Positions 1 to 8,369 of a stretch of DNA of 39,915 nucleotides are shown piece by piece (the first letter of the stretch is position 1; every line of letters begins with the position of its first letter). The notes under the pieces were generated by a model. It was not told where the DNA came from, ran no database searches, and saw only the letters and a list, made by a program, of their open reading frames with translations. Both the position numbers and the translations under genes were made by a program. The DNA lies in the sequence record SRR20825019_433, one strand, 5' to 3'.

Positions 1-1
1 C

Positions 2-637
2 AGCGACATGGGCGGCATCTACACCCTCGGCGTCCAACCCGGCACCGTCTTACGCGGCAATCACCTCCACCACATCTGGTCGCACGATTACGGAGGTTGG
101 GGTATTTACCTCGACGAGGGCACCTCCCATCTGATCGTCGAACACAACCTCGTGCACGACACCAAGGACGCGTGTTTTAACATCCACTATGCTCGTGAGA
201 ATGTTGTGCGTCACAATATCTTCGCCCGAGGCCAAAACGCGCTCGCTTCGGTCTCACGCATCGAACCCGACAGTTACAGCGCCACCTTCCTCAACAACAT
301 CCTGCTCGGCCCCAGCAACCGACTCTACTACGGCGGTTACAAGGGCGACATTTCTCAGGGAGCCCTCATCGCCAACGCCAACTGCCTCTGGTCTCCCGAA
401 GGCAAGCTCCCGCCCTGCGGACATCCCCGAACGCATCGCGACAAAGCTCCCTTCAAAATCAGTTACCCCCAGTGGAAGAAAGCCGGGCACGATGAAGCCA
501 GCCTCGTCGCCGATCCGAAACTCACCGAAGGCAAAAAAAACTGGTCCCTCGCAAAAAACTCCCCCGCCCTCAAACTCGGTTTCAAACCGTGGGACTGGTC
601 GAAGTGCGGTGTGCGACCGAAATCGAAACGGAAATGA
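2..637 (+). CDS. Right-handed parallel beta-helix protein (putative polysaccharide lyase/hydrolase), C-terminal part; 5' end lies outside the window
   Basis: Frame is open from the window edge (SDMGGIYTLG...). Motifs GGIYTLG, GGWGIYLDEG, repeated N-ladder strands and a C-terminal ADPKL...SPALKLGFKPWD are typical of beta-helix CAZyme-like proteins. Confidence 0.75.
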   Translation, partial: SDMGGIYTLGVQPGTVLRGNHLHHIWSHDYGGWGIYLDEGTSHLIVEHNLVHDTKDACFNIHYARENVVRHNIFARGQNALASVSRIEPDSYSATFLNNILLGPSNRLYYGGYKGDISQGALIANANCLWSPEGKLPPCGHPRTHRDKAPFKISYPQWKKAGHDEASLVADPKLTEGKKNWSLAKNSPALKLGFKPWDWSKCGVRPKSKRK

Positions 638-640
638 TTA

Positions 641-670
641 AACCGCTGATGAACGCTGATAGCAGCTAAT
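641..670 (+). repeat. 30-bp three-decamer repeat, copy 1 (forward): aaccgctgat gaacgctgat agcagctaat
   Basis: Read directly. Inverted relative to the copies at 1699-1728 and 2753-2782. Confidence 0.85.
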
Positions 671-681
671 TCTTACTCACG

Positions 682-1221
682 TTGACTTTTGCCATCGAAA
701 CACCGCGCCTTCGGATGCGCCACTACTCTATGGGAGACCTTCCACATCTAAGCGAAGTGTTCGCCGATCCCTATGCACTCAAATTCTACCCGCAGATGCG
801 TGACGAAGAAAACGTCCGGGCTTGGATTGAGTGGAACCTGCAAAACTATCGAGACTGTGGATTTGGGCTTTGGGCACTTGAACTCAAATCGAATGGCAAG
901 TTTATCGGCGATGCTGGGTTAACGTATCAAACAGTCGAAGGAATCCAGATGCTTGAAATAGGCTATCACATCCTATCGGAGGAACGGGGTCAGGGCTTCG
1001 CCACCGAAGCCGCTTCCGCATGCCTACGATATGCTTTTGATACTCTGAATTCCGAAACAGTCTGTAGTATCGTAGATCCAGCTAACATCGCTTCCCTCTC
1101 TGTCGCTAAGCGTATTCATTGTTCGCGGAAAACAGTCAAAGGCAGCAAAGAGGAGGCCATACTCTTTTTTACGGCACGCGCCGATTGGTCAACGAGCAGT
1201 GATCCTGAATCTAATGAATAA
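682..1221 (+). CDS. GNAT N-acetyltransferase, RimJ/RimL family
   Basis: IETPRLRMR start, GFGLWALE, FIGDAGL, EIGY, RGQGFATEAA (acetyl-CoA motif A), NIASLSVA. TTG start. Confidence 0.9.
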   Translation: MTFAIETPRLRMRHYSMGDLPHLSEVFADPYALKFYPQMRDEENVRAWIEWNLQNYRDCGFGLWALELKSNGKFIGDAGLTYQTVEGIQMLEIGYHILSEERGQGFATEAASACLRYAFDTLNSETVCSIVDPANIASLSVAKRIHCSRKTVKGSKEEAILFFTARADWSTSSDPESNE

Positions 1222-1693
1222 GAAGGCTTCTCCTCGCCTAGCTATCATTGATGATGTTCCGGCTATCGTTGAAATTCGTCGTCGCAGCTTCTTTACAGCG
1301 ATGCCCCATATGCCAGTGCTACACACCTCGGAGGAAGAGTTGGCGTTCGTCTCGAATGTCGTATTTCCCAACATAACCATCTGGCTGATCGAAGAGGCGG
1401 ACACGCCGGTTGGTTTTATCGCTTACCGCAAAGACTGGATCGAACAGTTCTACATCGATCCTCTTCACCAAGGTCGCGGACACGGACCCAACCTACTAGC
1501 CATCGCAAAATCTGAATATGACTCCTTTAATCTCTGGACATTTCAATGCAACCAAAGAGCTCGCCGCTTCTATGAAAAGCACGGTTTCCAAGTGGTCAGA
1601 ACGACAGATGGATCAGACAATGAAGAACGCCAACCCGATGTTCTTTATTCATGGGTGCGAAACAGGGAGTTTCCATCCAACGTTCCGGCCTGA
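1214..1693 (+). CDS. GNAT N-acetyltransferase
   Basis: GFIA...WIEQFYIDPLHQGRGHG, LWTFQCNQRARRFYEKHGF, NEERQPDVLY. The ATG at 1214 overlaps the upstream stop. Confidence 0.9.
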   Translation: MNKKASPRLAIIDDVPAIVEIRRRSFFTAMPHMPVLHTSEEELAFVSNVVFPNITIWLIEEADTPVGFIAYRKDWIEQFYIDPLHQGRGHGPNLLAIAKSEYDSFNLWTFQCNQRARRFYEKHGFQVVRTTDGSDNEERQPDVLYSWVRNREFPSNVPA

Positions 1694-1698
1694 CTCTT

Positions 1699-1728
1699 AT
1701 CAGCGTCAACTGGCGTTCATCAGCGGTT
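1699..1728 (-). repeat. 30-bp three-decamer repeat, copy 2 (reverse): aaccgctgat gaacgccagt tgacgctgat
   Basis: Reverse complement of atcagcgtcaactggcgttcatcagcggtt. Starts 5 nt after the GNAT stop. Confidence 0.85.
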
Positions 1729-1746
1729 AAAAACATCAGCACCCCC

Positions 1747-2133
1747 ATGATCCATCACATCTCGCTCCCCGTTACCGATCTAACGCGATCGGTGGCCTTC
1801 TACGATGCCGCTCTAGGCGCACTGGGTTACACGCGCACGATAGATGAGTCCTGGGTGGTCGGCTGGGGTTCAATCGACAATGGCGACATCTTTTCCGTTC
1901 GCCACCGGCCCGACCAGCAAATCATATCCGGCGATGGTTTTCACCTCGCCTTCATTGGCCGTTCTCATGCCGCGATCGATGCTTTCCATCAAGCCGCCCT
2001 CGCCCACGGTGGCACCGACAACGGAGGCTCCGGGTTCAATCCCGAATACGGTCCGGACTACTATGCCGCCTTCGTCTTCGATCCTGACGGCTACCGGATG
2101 GAAGCGGTCATCTCCCCGCACAATCACGACTAG
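1747..2133 (+). CDS. VOC/glyoxalase family protein
   Basis: MIHHISLPVTDL..FYDAAL..GFHLAF..GGTDNG..YYAAFVFDPDGYRMEAV. Start trimmed to the ATG at 1747. Confidence 0.9.
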   Translation: MIHHISLPVTDLTRSVAFYDAALGALGYTRTIDESWVVGWGSIDNGDIFSVRHRPDQQIISGDGFHLAFIGRSHAAIDAFHQAALAHGGTDNGGSGFNPEYGPDYYAAFVFDPDGYRMEAVISPHNHD

Positions 2134-2152
2134 CTACCCACGATGGCCAGAC

Positions 2153-2180
2153 TTGCCTCTGCTCAAATCCATGTCAGAGT
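2153..2180 (+). promoter_or_regulatory. Candidate sigma70 promoter of the toxin-antitoxin pair, with an overlapping ctctg...cagag inverted repeat
   Basis: TTGCCT-N16-CAGAGT with TG at the extended -10 position, 7 nt upstream of the ATG at 2188. Confidence 0.4.
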
Positions 2181-2187
2181 TTCAACT

Positions 2188-2406
2188 ATGCTCGATTGGT
2201 CTCAATGTTCGGTCGTAGAACGCATATCCGGAAAAGTCGGCGGAGCTTGGCTTTTCAAGGGAACCCGCGTGCCGGTGAGCGCTTTATTTGAGAACATCGA
2301 AAGCGGTGCCACCGTAGAGGAATTTCTGGCGTGGTTTCCCGGTGTCTCACAGAGACAAATAGACACGGTTCTGGAGCACGCGCAACGCAGTCTCATCGAG
2401 GCTTGA
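2188..2406 (+). CDS. DUF433 family protein (putative antitoxin, VapB45-like)
   Basis: DWSQCSVVERISGKVGGAWLFKGTRVPVSALFENIESGATVEEFLAWFPGV. Confidence 0.9.
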   Translation: MLDWSQCSVVERISGKVGGAWLFKGTRVPVSALFENIESGATVEEFLAWFPGVSQRQIDTVLEHAQRSLIEA

Positions 2407-2409
2407 CCA

Positions 2410-2751
2410 GTGTATATCCTGTTTGATCAAGGAACACCTCTGCCACTCAGAGACTATCTTTCTGAACACACTATCAGCACGGCCCACGAGCAAGGATGGA
2501 GCAGCCTTCAAAATGGGGAGCTGCTCTGTGCTGCCGAAAAATCAGGATTCGCTGCCATCATCACAACCGATCAGAATCTGCGTTACCAACAGAACCTGAC
2601 TCAGAGAAAACTCGCGATCCTCGTGCTTCTCACCACCAGTTGGCCAAGAATCCGAGCATCAGTTGAAAAAGTTCAATCCGAAGTTTCCACGTTAAGCACC
2701 AATGATTATGTCGAGATATCGTTCCCCAGAACGCCACCAAAAGCGCACTGA
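2410..2751 (+). CDS. DUF5615 PIN-like protein (putative toxin, VapC45-like)
   Basis: ILFDQGTP..GWSSLQNGELL..ITTDQNLRYQQNL. Lies 3 nt after DUF433, the usual partner. Confidence 0.85.
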   Translation: MYILFDQGTPLPLRDYLSEHTISTAHEQGWSSLQNGELLCAAEKSGFAAIITTDQNLRYQQNLTQRKLAILVLLTTSWPRIRASVEKVQSEVSTLSTNDYVEISFPRTPPKAH

Positions 2752-2752
2752 C

Positions 2753-2782
2753 GTTAGTATTTATCAGCGCTCATCAGCGGTT
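2753..2782 (-). repeat. 30-bp three-decamer repeat, copy 3 (reverse): aaccgctgat gagcgctgat aaatactaac
   Basis: Reverse complement of gttagtatttatcagcgctcatcagcggtt. Starts 1 nt after the PIN gene stop. Confidence 0.85.
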
Positions 2783-2813
2783 TCTTCAGACTCCGTATAA
2801 CTCGACGGACGGG

Positions 2814-3581
2814 CTACTCTTCCTCTGCGGTTGGCTCGCCACTCAGCTCGGCGATAAATTTTTCTGCATTCGTATTCTCTGGATCGAGATCGAGTGAGCG
2901 TCGGTATTCACGCAGGGCTTCTGCTTTGCGATCGAGAGCAAGCAATACTTCGCCGAGGCTATCATGGGTGTTTCCCGAGGTGGGATAGAGCGAAACGTTC
3001 ATTTCCATGACGGCCAAGGCTTCGGCCGTCTTCGCTTTGCCGAGATAACGATAACCGAGCATATTGAGCTGAGACTCGCTGACATAGTATCCCTCGAATT
3101 CGTCTGCCCGCATTTCGTTAAATTTATCGAGAGCGACTTCGATGCCTTCATCGTCGATCAGTTGCGCGAGGAGATCGGATAGAGCATGCTCCTTGAGTTC
3201 GAGGAGGGTGACATCAAAAATCAGCGTCGAGCCGGGAGGGATCGGATCGCGATCTTTGTCTCCATACGCAAGTTCTGGCGCAATCGTCAGGATGGCCCGG
3301 TCGCCCACCCGCAATTGGGCGAAAGCGATATCCCAACCTTTGATCACCTGACCACGACCAAGCGTAAACGCGAAGGGTTCATCGCGCTCGCGTGAGCTAT
3401 CAAAGACAGTCCCGTCTTCCAACGTGCCGGTATAATGCGCGATAACCACCTGCCCTTCCTTGGCCTCCTCACCGGTTCCGGGGCTGATGATATCAACCCG
3501 CAGCTTCGGTGCCTCCTCATTCGCATACGCAAATGCTGTCATGAACAAACTGGAGATGAAGATCAGGAGATATCGTTTCAT
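2814..3581 (-). CDS. Exported FKBP-type peptidyl-prolyl isomerase with a C-terminal TPR module
   Basis: Signal peptide; HYTGTLEDGTVFDSS, LGRGQVIKGWD, ELAYG, IPPGSTLIFDV; TPR-like LNMLGY...NTHDSLGEVL...SLDLDPENTNA. Confidence 0.9.
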   Translation of the reverse strand: MKRYLLIFISSLFMTAFAYANEEAPKLRVDIISPGTGEEAKEGQVVIAHYTGTLEDGTVFDSSRERDEPFAFTLGRGQVIKGWDIAFAQLRVGDRAILTIAPELAYGDKDRDPIPPGSTLIFDVTLLELKEHALSDLLAQLIDDEGIEVALDKFNEMRADEFEGYYVSESQLNMLGYRYLGKAKTAEALAVMEMNVSLYPTSGNTHDSLGEVLLALDRKAEALREYRRSLDLDPENTNAEKFIAELSGEPTAEEE

Positions 3582-3601
3582 AGCAGGAACCGGGGCGGAG
3601 T

Positions 3602-5257
3602 TTAGTGATTCAAATCAATGGGGTCTTCCTCTTGTTGAAAGCGGGTGCGATAAGTCTTTTGCGACGCAGCGAGTTTCATGAAGACGTCCAACGGCACGAC
3701 TTCCACTTCTTCGCTCAGGCGGTCAAAAATCTGCCGCACCTTTTCGACGGTATTACTCTCGCGAACGTGCATGAGCAGGAAATACGGCCGCTGCGGATTG
3801 AGTTGCGTGAGCTCTTCCAGATCGGCCGCGGCTTCATCCACCGGACGGTTGACGGCGAGGTAGTAATCGTAACTCAGAAAGGGCACGCCATCGCGCAGAT
3901 CAAAGGTCCGCGCGGTCCCGTATCCGTTAATAAACCCAATCGCCTCGGGAAATGCTTCGTAATAGCGATCCACGAGTTCTTTCGGCAGGTCGGTATTGCC
4001 GACGTGTCGGTTACCTTCAGAGTAATCCATGATTTCCATGATATGAAGATCGAGCGTCTGCATGAGTTGACGCGCGTCTTTCATGAGGACTGTGAAATGA
4101 TCCTCAGGGATTGATTTGGGATACATGTAACCGGGCCCGCTCAGGCCACCGACGAAGTAATCGTTCTGCGATTTATCTTCGTAGAAAAATTGCAACGCCA
4201 CGGGATTGAGTCGCACCCAGCCCATCAGCACCTGCCAACCGTAGGGAATCTCGCCTCTCCCGGGTTGCGTCCATGTGCCGATGCCCATCGAATCGGTCGC
4301 CAGAGCCGCGACGTAGATCTTCGGCTTCGCTTCGAGTTTGGCATCCTTCGCCACATTGCCGGGATTCTTAAATTTGAAATCCTTCGTGAGGGGAATCTGA
4401 CAAGTATAGGAAACATTCGGCAGGTTATGCAGGCCCTCCATTTTCAGGCCGAAGTTCCCGGTCAGAGTCGTATGCTGTCCTTCGGTGTCTTTCCCATAGG
4501 AGTGCCAACCGATCACCGTGCTGTTCGAATTTTGCTTCCCGAGCAGCTTCTTTAACAGCGCGAGCTCTTCCGGATGTTTGGGACTGGCCGAAAGATCGGC
4601 GCAGAACGCACGTTGCATCACACCAAAATCAGCCACCCCCGGTTGCATCGTCTTTCCGGCGTGGCCGCCGAGCACGACGTAATAGTCGCGCGAGGTGCGA
4701 TCCCAATATTTATCCACGGCCCATTGGTAGATTTCGTGATCGCCCTTGCCGCGAAAGATACCGCGTAAGTCTTCCAGTTTTTTCAACCCGTGCTTCTCGG
4801 CCAAGGGGATCAGTTCCTCGCTAACCACCACCGCATCGAGCACCCCCGAGGCAGTAAACGCGACATTCACCGAAGCACGCACCTCGCGATCCCAGACGAC
4901 GTAGCCTTTGGCATATTTCCCAAAAAGAGCGAGGGCCGCATCTGCATCATTCAGACCGAGGCGATCAAACTTCGTGCCGTGACGCTTCTCCATGAAGGTA
5001 ATCAGCGGCCGCACTGTTTCCCACTGCCAATGCGTGGGATATTCGAGATAGACCCGGGGCGCCTCGCGATTGGCGAGACCCTGCAGGGAGATCAGCAGAA
5101 CGTTAGTCGGGATATCGCCGTCCATCTGCCAGTTTTCCGAAAGCGGAATAATCGTGGCGGATTTCGGAGCGTATTCTTCGCGGTGCGGAATCGGCTGTGC
5201 AACCAGTGAGCTGACCACGGCACCGAAGATCATAAGAAGGGAAAATTGTTTCAACAT
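3602..5257 (-). CDS. Exported GxGYxYP-domain protein (putative glycoside hydrolase)
   Basis: Signal peptide, SLQGLANR N-terminal motif, SGPGYMYP signature. Confidence 0.8.
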   Translation of the reverse strand: MLKQFSLLMIFGAVVSSLVAQPIPHREEYAPKSATIIPLSENWQMDGDIPTNVLLISLQGLANREAPRVYLEYPTHWQWETVRPLITFMEKRHGTKFDRLGLNDADAALALFGKYAKGYVVWDREVRASVNVAFTASGVLDAVVVSEELIPLAEKHGLKKLEDLRGIFRGKGDHEIYQWAVDKYWDRTSRDYYVVLGGHAGKTMQPGVADFGVMQRAFCADLSASPKHPEELALLKKLLGKQNSNSTVIGWHSYGKDTEGQHTTLTGNFGLKMEGLHNLPNVSYTCQIPLTKDFKFKNPGNVAKDAKLEAKPKIYVAALATDSMGIGTWTQPGRGEIPYGWQVLMGWVRLNPVALQFFYEDKSQNDYFVGGLSGPGYMYPKSIPEDHFTVLMKDARQLMQTLDLHIMEIMDYSEGNRHVGNTDLPKELVDRYYEAFPEAIGFINGYGTARTFDLRDGVPFLSYDYYLAVNRPVDEAAADLEELTQLNPQRPYFLLMHVRESNTVEKVRQIFDRLSEEVEVVPLDVFMKLAASQKTYRTRFQQEEDPIDLNH

Positions 5258-5275
5258 GATGAAAAGAGTTTGGGG

Positions 5276-5803
5276 TTACTTGGATTCGACACGCTTGAAG
5301 AAATATACCACGGGTCGATCCCGCGTGCTCCGAATCGTAATCAGGCTAAGCTGCTTGCCGTTGGCCGAGACCTTGTAGTTGCGCAGGATGTTGACCGGCA
5401 CGTCGCCTTGTTGGGTCGTCAGCACGATATCGGTTTCCAATCGTAGAATCCGACCCTCCGACATCCATTTTCCCCGCACCGTTTTCTCATGCGCATCACT
5501 GATAAAAGCACCGATGTATCGATTGTCCGGCCACCAACGCACCGGCACGACATTTTTGTCTTTGCTCAAATCGATCGTCATCGAGTCCTGATCCTTTCGA
5601 CGTCCCGCCGCAAAACGTCGATTGATCGTCACAAGGTCACCATTGGTCTCAATATCGATCTGCAAAGTCCGCCAACTTCCGAGATCCGTGCCGAGCTGAG
5701 GCTCGATTTTCCAAGTGCCGTCCATGGCTGAGGTCCCCCATAGATTCCCCGCTCCCACGACACCGATTATTCCCAACAAGATATAACGAATCATGGACAC
5801 CAT
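5276..5803 (-). CDS. Exported hypothetical protein, probably a beta-barrel (lipocalin-like)
   Basis: Hydrophobic N-terminus, MDGTWKI (GxW) and alternating beta-strand pattern. Ends 18 nt upstream of the GxGYxYP gene. Confidence 0.6.
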   Translation of the reverse strand: MVSMIRYILLGIIGVVGAGNLWGTSAMDGTWKIEPQLGTDLGSWRTLQIDIETNGDLVTINRRFAAGRRKDQDSMTIDLSKDKNVVPVRWWPDNRYIGAFISDAHEKTVRGKWMSEGRILRLETDIVLTTQQGDVPVNILRNYKVSANGKQLSLITIRSTRDRPVVYFFKRVESK

Positions 5804-5857
5804 GAGACGTCCACCGGCCTCGAAATGGCAAACCCTTTCAACGACTCCCGGAGCCTT

Positions 5858-8155
5858 TCACTCCGTCACGCCCAACCACTCGCAGATGAAATCCGTCTCC
5901 AACGTAAACTCCCTGCCACCGCTTTCACGCCGACACTGCAGATGCCACACCGGCTCCATGCGATGATCGACCAAATTCTCCGCCTGCGAGATCACATCCG
6001 CCCAAGGAGCATGTAGCGTGAGTTTCCAACCCGCGACCAACAGCTCGGCCCGCTTCGCCGTTGCATCGATTTTCCAGGCATCCCGTGTCTGAAGATTAAA
6101 CACCAACGCCATCGGCTCCAATAACTCGCCGGCATCAATCACCCTAAACCGCGAAGCCGTTGGCGAATCAATCTCGCGTGAGCAACGCGACATCACTCCC
6201 GGCCAAACAGGGGCGAGATCCACCTTCGCAATAAAGCCGACCTCATCGCCTCTGCCCTCCGGTATCACCGGAACATCGGGCAAGACCTGATTCACATACG
6301 CTCCATTGGTTCTCACCGGTGTGACCACGTTGTGCAGTTCCGAGCGTTTCATGAGATTGATTCGCGCATCGCTGTAAGAGATCACTCCGCGATCAATCAG
6401 GACCGGTTCCTCGTCGAGCTCCAAGGTGAGATTGCCTTTATCAAAATGCGAATGACTCGGGCGCGCCTTGCATCCCGCCATGTGCAGACGCACTTGGTGA
6501 TCCGCTCCCAATGGACGACGGCTCGTGATATGGCCCGCTTCTGGTAAATGACCAAACACCGGCACCACACATTGCGGTTCCGGCAATTCATTGGGTCCGA
6601 GAATAAACGACGCCACCCCTTCAATCATGTTTCGATCGTAGTAAGTCGTCTCCTTATTCAGGAGCGTTGTCCGGGCCACATTCGTGTAAATTTCACTCGG
6701 GCACAGCGTAGCCAGGATCGCGATGTTATCACAACCCATCACATCCCGCATATTGTCTCCATCCAACAACACGTGTCCCGGTTTCATGGCCGACATCACC
6801 GCCACGAAATTCTCACTGCGTTTCAAATTCTCCGGCAGGATTTCCGGCATCTTCTGACCACGCGCCCGCGCATAGGCACGCAATCCGGGTAGTGCGATTT
6901 TGAAAGTCGCGTCGAAGTAACCCAACCCCTCATCCACTCCGCCATCTGGCAACAGGTAGCGATTCAACCCTTCGAGCATATCGGCGTAGGCCTGCTCGGT
7001 GTAGGGCTTCACCCGCGGCCAATCCTGCTCCAAGACGAGTCCGCCGAAAATCCGCGCCCGGCAAAACCAAGGTCCCTGATTGATACTGTAAACATACTCC
7101 CATTTCACCATGTCGCGCTGAATCACGCTCAGCCCCTTATCCCAAATCGCCAAACGCACGAGATCCCGGGCGCGTTCCGATAGCGCACCTCCCAGCCAAT
7201 CGTAAACGAGCGAACAAGTCGTCACCGATAATTCCTCGCTGAAGCAACGCGTGTCCCATCCCATGCCCCGAGCCCGGCTTTCCATTGAGGAAACCCAATG
7301 CTTGGTGTGCACAAAACACATCAGGAAGCGCAACGCCTGACGCTGCAGCTTGCGATCATTCCGCACCAATCCCACCAATCCGCACAACACCGCCTCCGTA
7401 TACCACTTCTCCATCCCATGCTCACGTTCGCGAATGTAGCGCAAATCACTGCACGGCAGATGATCACGTATCTCCGTTTCGGGTTCACGTTCGAGAGCGG
7501 CCTGCGCGCGTTGCTCCAACACCGCGAAATGCGCTTTCCAGGTCGGAGAATTCGCCTTGGTGCGCAACTCCTCCAAATCCTTCGCATCTAACAGTAACCC
7601 CCGGGTGAAGTCGGATATCTCCCACTCCTTCTCCGGCAGAATCAATCCGTCCCAATTGGAATCATAGACCGGCCGCGTCTCATCGAGAGTTCTCCACAAA
7701 CTCGCATTCCCCAGCCCCCACCATTGCAAGCCCACTCGGGTCGGACCGCGCTCCTTCGCATACAGATCTACACCGATCGCAATCGCACCGTCGATTCGAT
7801 CGCGTGTGATTTCCGAACGGACTCCTTTGCCGATCATGGGATCCCCCAACTCCACGCGCGTCTCAGCCGTGCGAACCCAAAACTGCGCCGCCACCCCTTT
7901 GGGCAAAACCATGCAAAAGATATAGTGATCAAAGTGAGTCGGAAATTCCCCCACCTCCAATTCCAGACTGCCCGCCAGCGCGCCCGGCTCACAGTGATCC
8001 CATTGGACCGCCACGCTGTCCCAATTCGTCTCCCAACGAAAACCCGTCGCACGGGCCACCGATTGTAACGGCAAGTCAGGCACGATCCGTTCTTCAAAAA
8101 ACGGCGCGAAAATCGATTCAGCCGGGTTCAGCTCAAACAAGGGGGTGCGGGGCAT
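5858..8155 (-). CDS. Heparinase II/III-like protein (putative oligosaccharide lyase), no obvious signal peptide
   Basis: Helical core with NQG and PDGGVDEGLGYF; C-terminal SHSHFDKGNL, LIDRG, SELHNVV. Start is uncertain (8155 or 8164). Confidence 0.75.
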   Translation of the reverse strand: MPRTPLFELNPAESIFAPFFEERIVPDLPLQSVARATGFRWETNWDSVAVQWDHCEPGALAGSLELEVGEFPTHFDHYIFCMVLPKGVAAQFWVRTAETRVELGDPMIGKGVRSEITRDRIDGAIAIGVDLYAKERGPTRVGLQWWGLGNASLWRTLDETRPVYDSNWDGLILPEKEWEISDFTRGLLLDAKDLEELRTKANSPTWKAHFAVLEQRAQAALEREPETEIRDHLPCSDLRYIREREHGMEKWYTEAVLCGLVGLVRNDRKLQRQALRFLMCFVHTKHWVSSMESRARGMGWDTRCFSEELSVTTCSLVYDWLGGALSERARDLVRLAIWDKGLSVIQRDMVKWEYVYSINQGPWFCRARIFGGLVLEQDWPRVKPYTEQAYADMLEGLNRYLLPDGGVDEGLGYFDATFKIALPGLRAYARARGQKMPEILPENLKRSENFVAVMSAMKPGHVLLDGDNMRDVMGCDNIAILATLCPSEIYTNVARTTLLNKETTYYDRNMIEGVASFILGPNELPEPQCVVPVFGHLPEAGHITSRRPLGADHQVRLHMAGCKARPSHSHFDKGNLTLELDEEPVLIDRGVISYSDARINLMKRSELHNVVTPVRTNGAYVNQVLPDVPVIPEGRGDEVGFIAKVDLAPVWPGVMSRCSREIDSPTASRFRVIDAGELLEPMALVFNLQTRDAWKIDATAKRAELLVAGWKLTLHAPWADVISQAENLVDHRMEPVWHLQCRRESGGREFTLETDFICEWLGVTE

Positions 8156-8369
8156 GACGCGCATCGTTGCTGCCACGGCACACAGGTCGAACTCAAAACC
8201 ATCCACCAGAGTCATCGCCGCTGATTCGGCGATCAGGCTTTAAACGAGGCTCTCGCCAGATCGCATTTCCTCAAAGCCCACCCAACAAAAGTCTGCATTC
8301 GAGGCACAAGCATCCTCAAAACCCGGCCCAAAACCCCTTGCGCCGCGTGCCCCACCTTGGGACAGAAAT

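Noticed and set aside
641..2782. Classical integron cassette array
   Set aside because: I found no attC with paired RYYYAAC/GTTRRRY boxes between the genes and no integrase in the window. The repeats are also in mixed orientation.
641..2782. CRISPR array or insertion sequence
   Set aside because: The copies are about 1 kb apart, degenerate and inverted. No cas or transposase gene, and no target-site duplication seen.
8214..8365. Possible REP remnants or structured RNA between the lyase and PhyH genes
   Set aside because: There is one hairpin (atcgccg..cggcgat) and two gcccacc motifs, but they are too degenerate to support a call.
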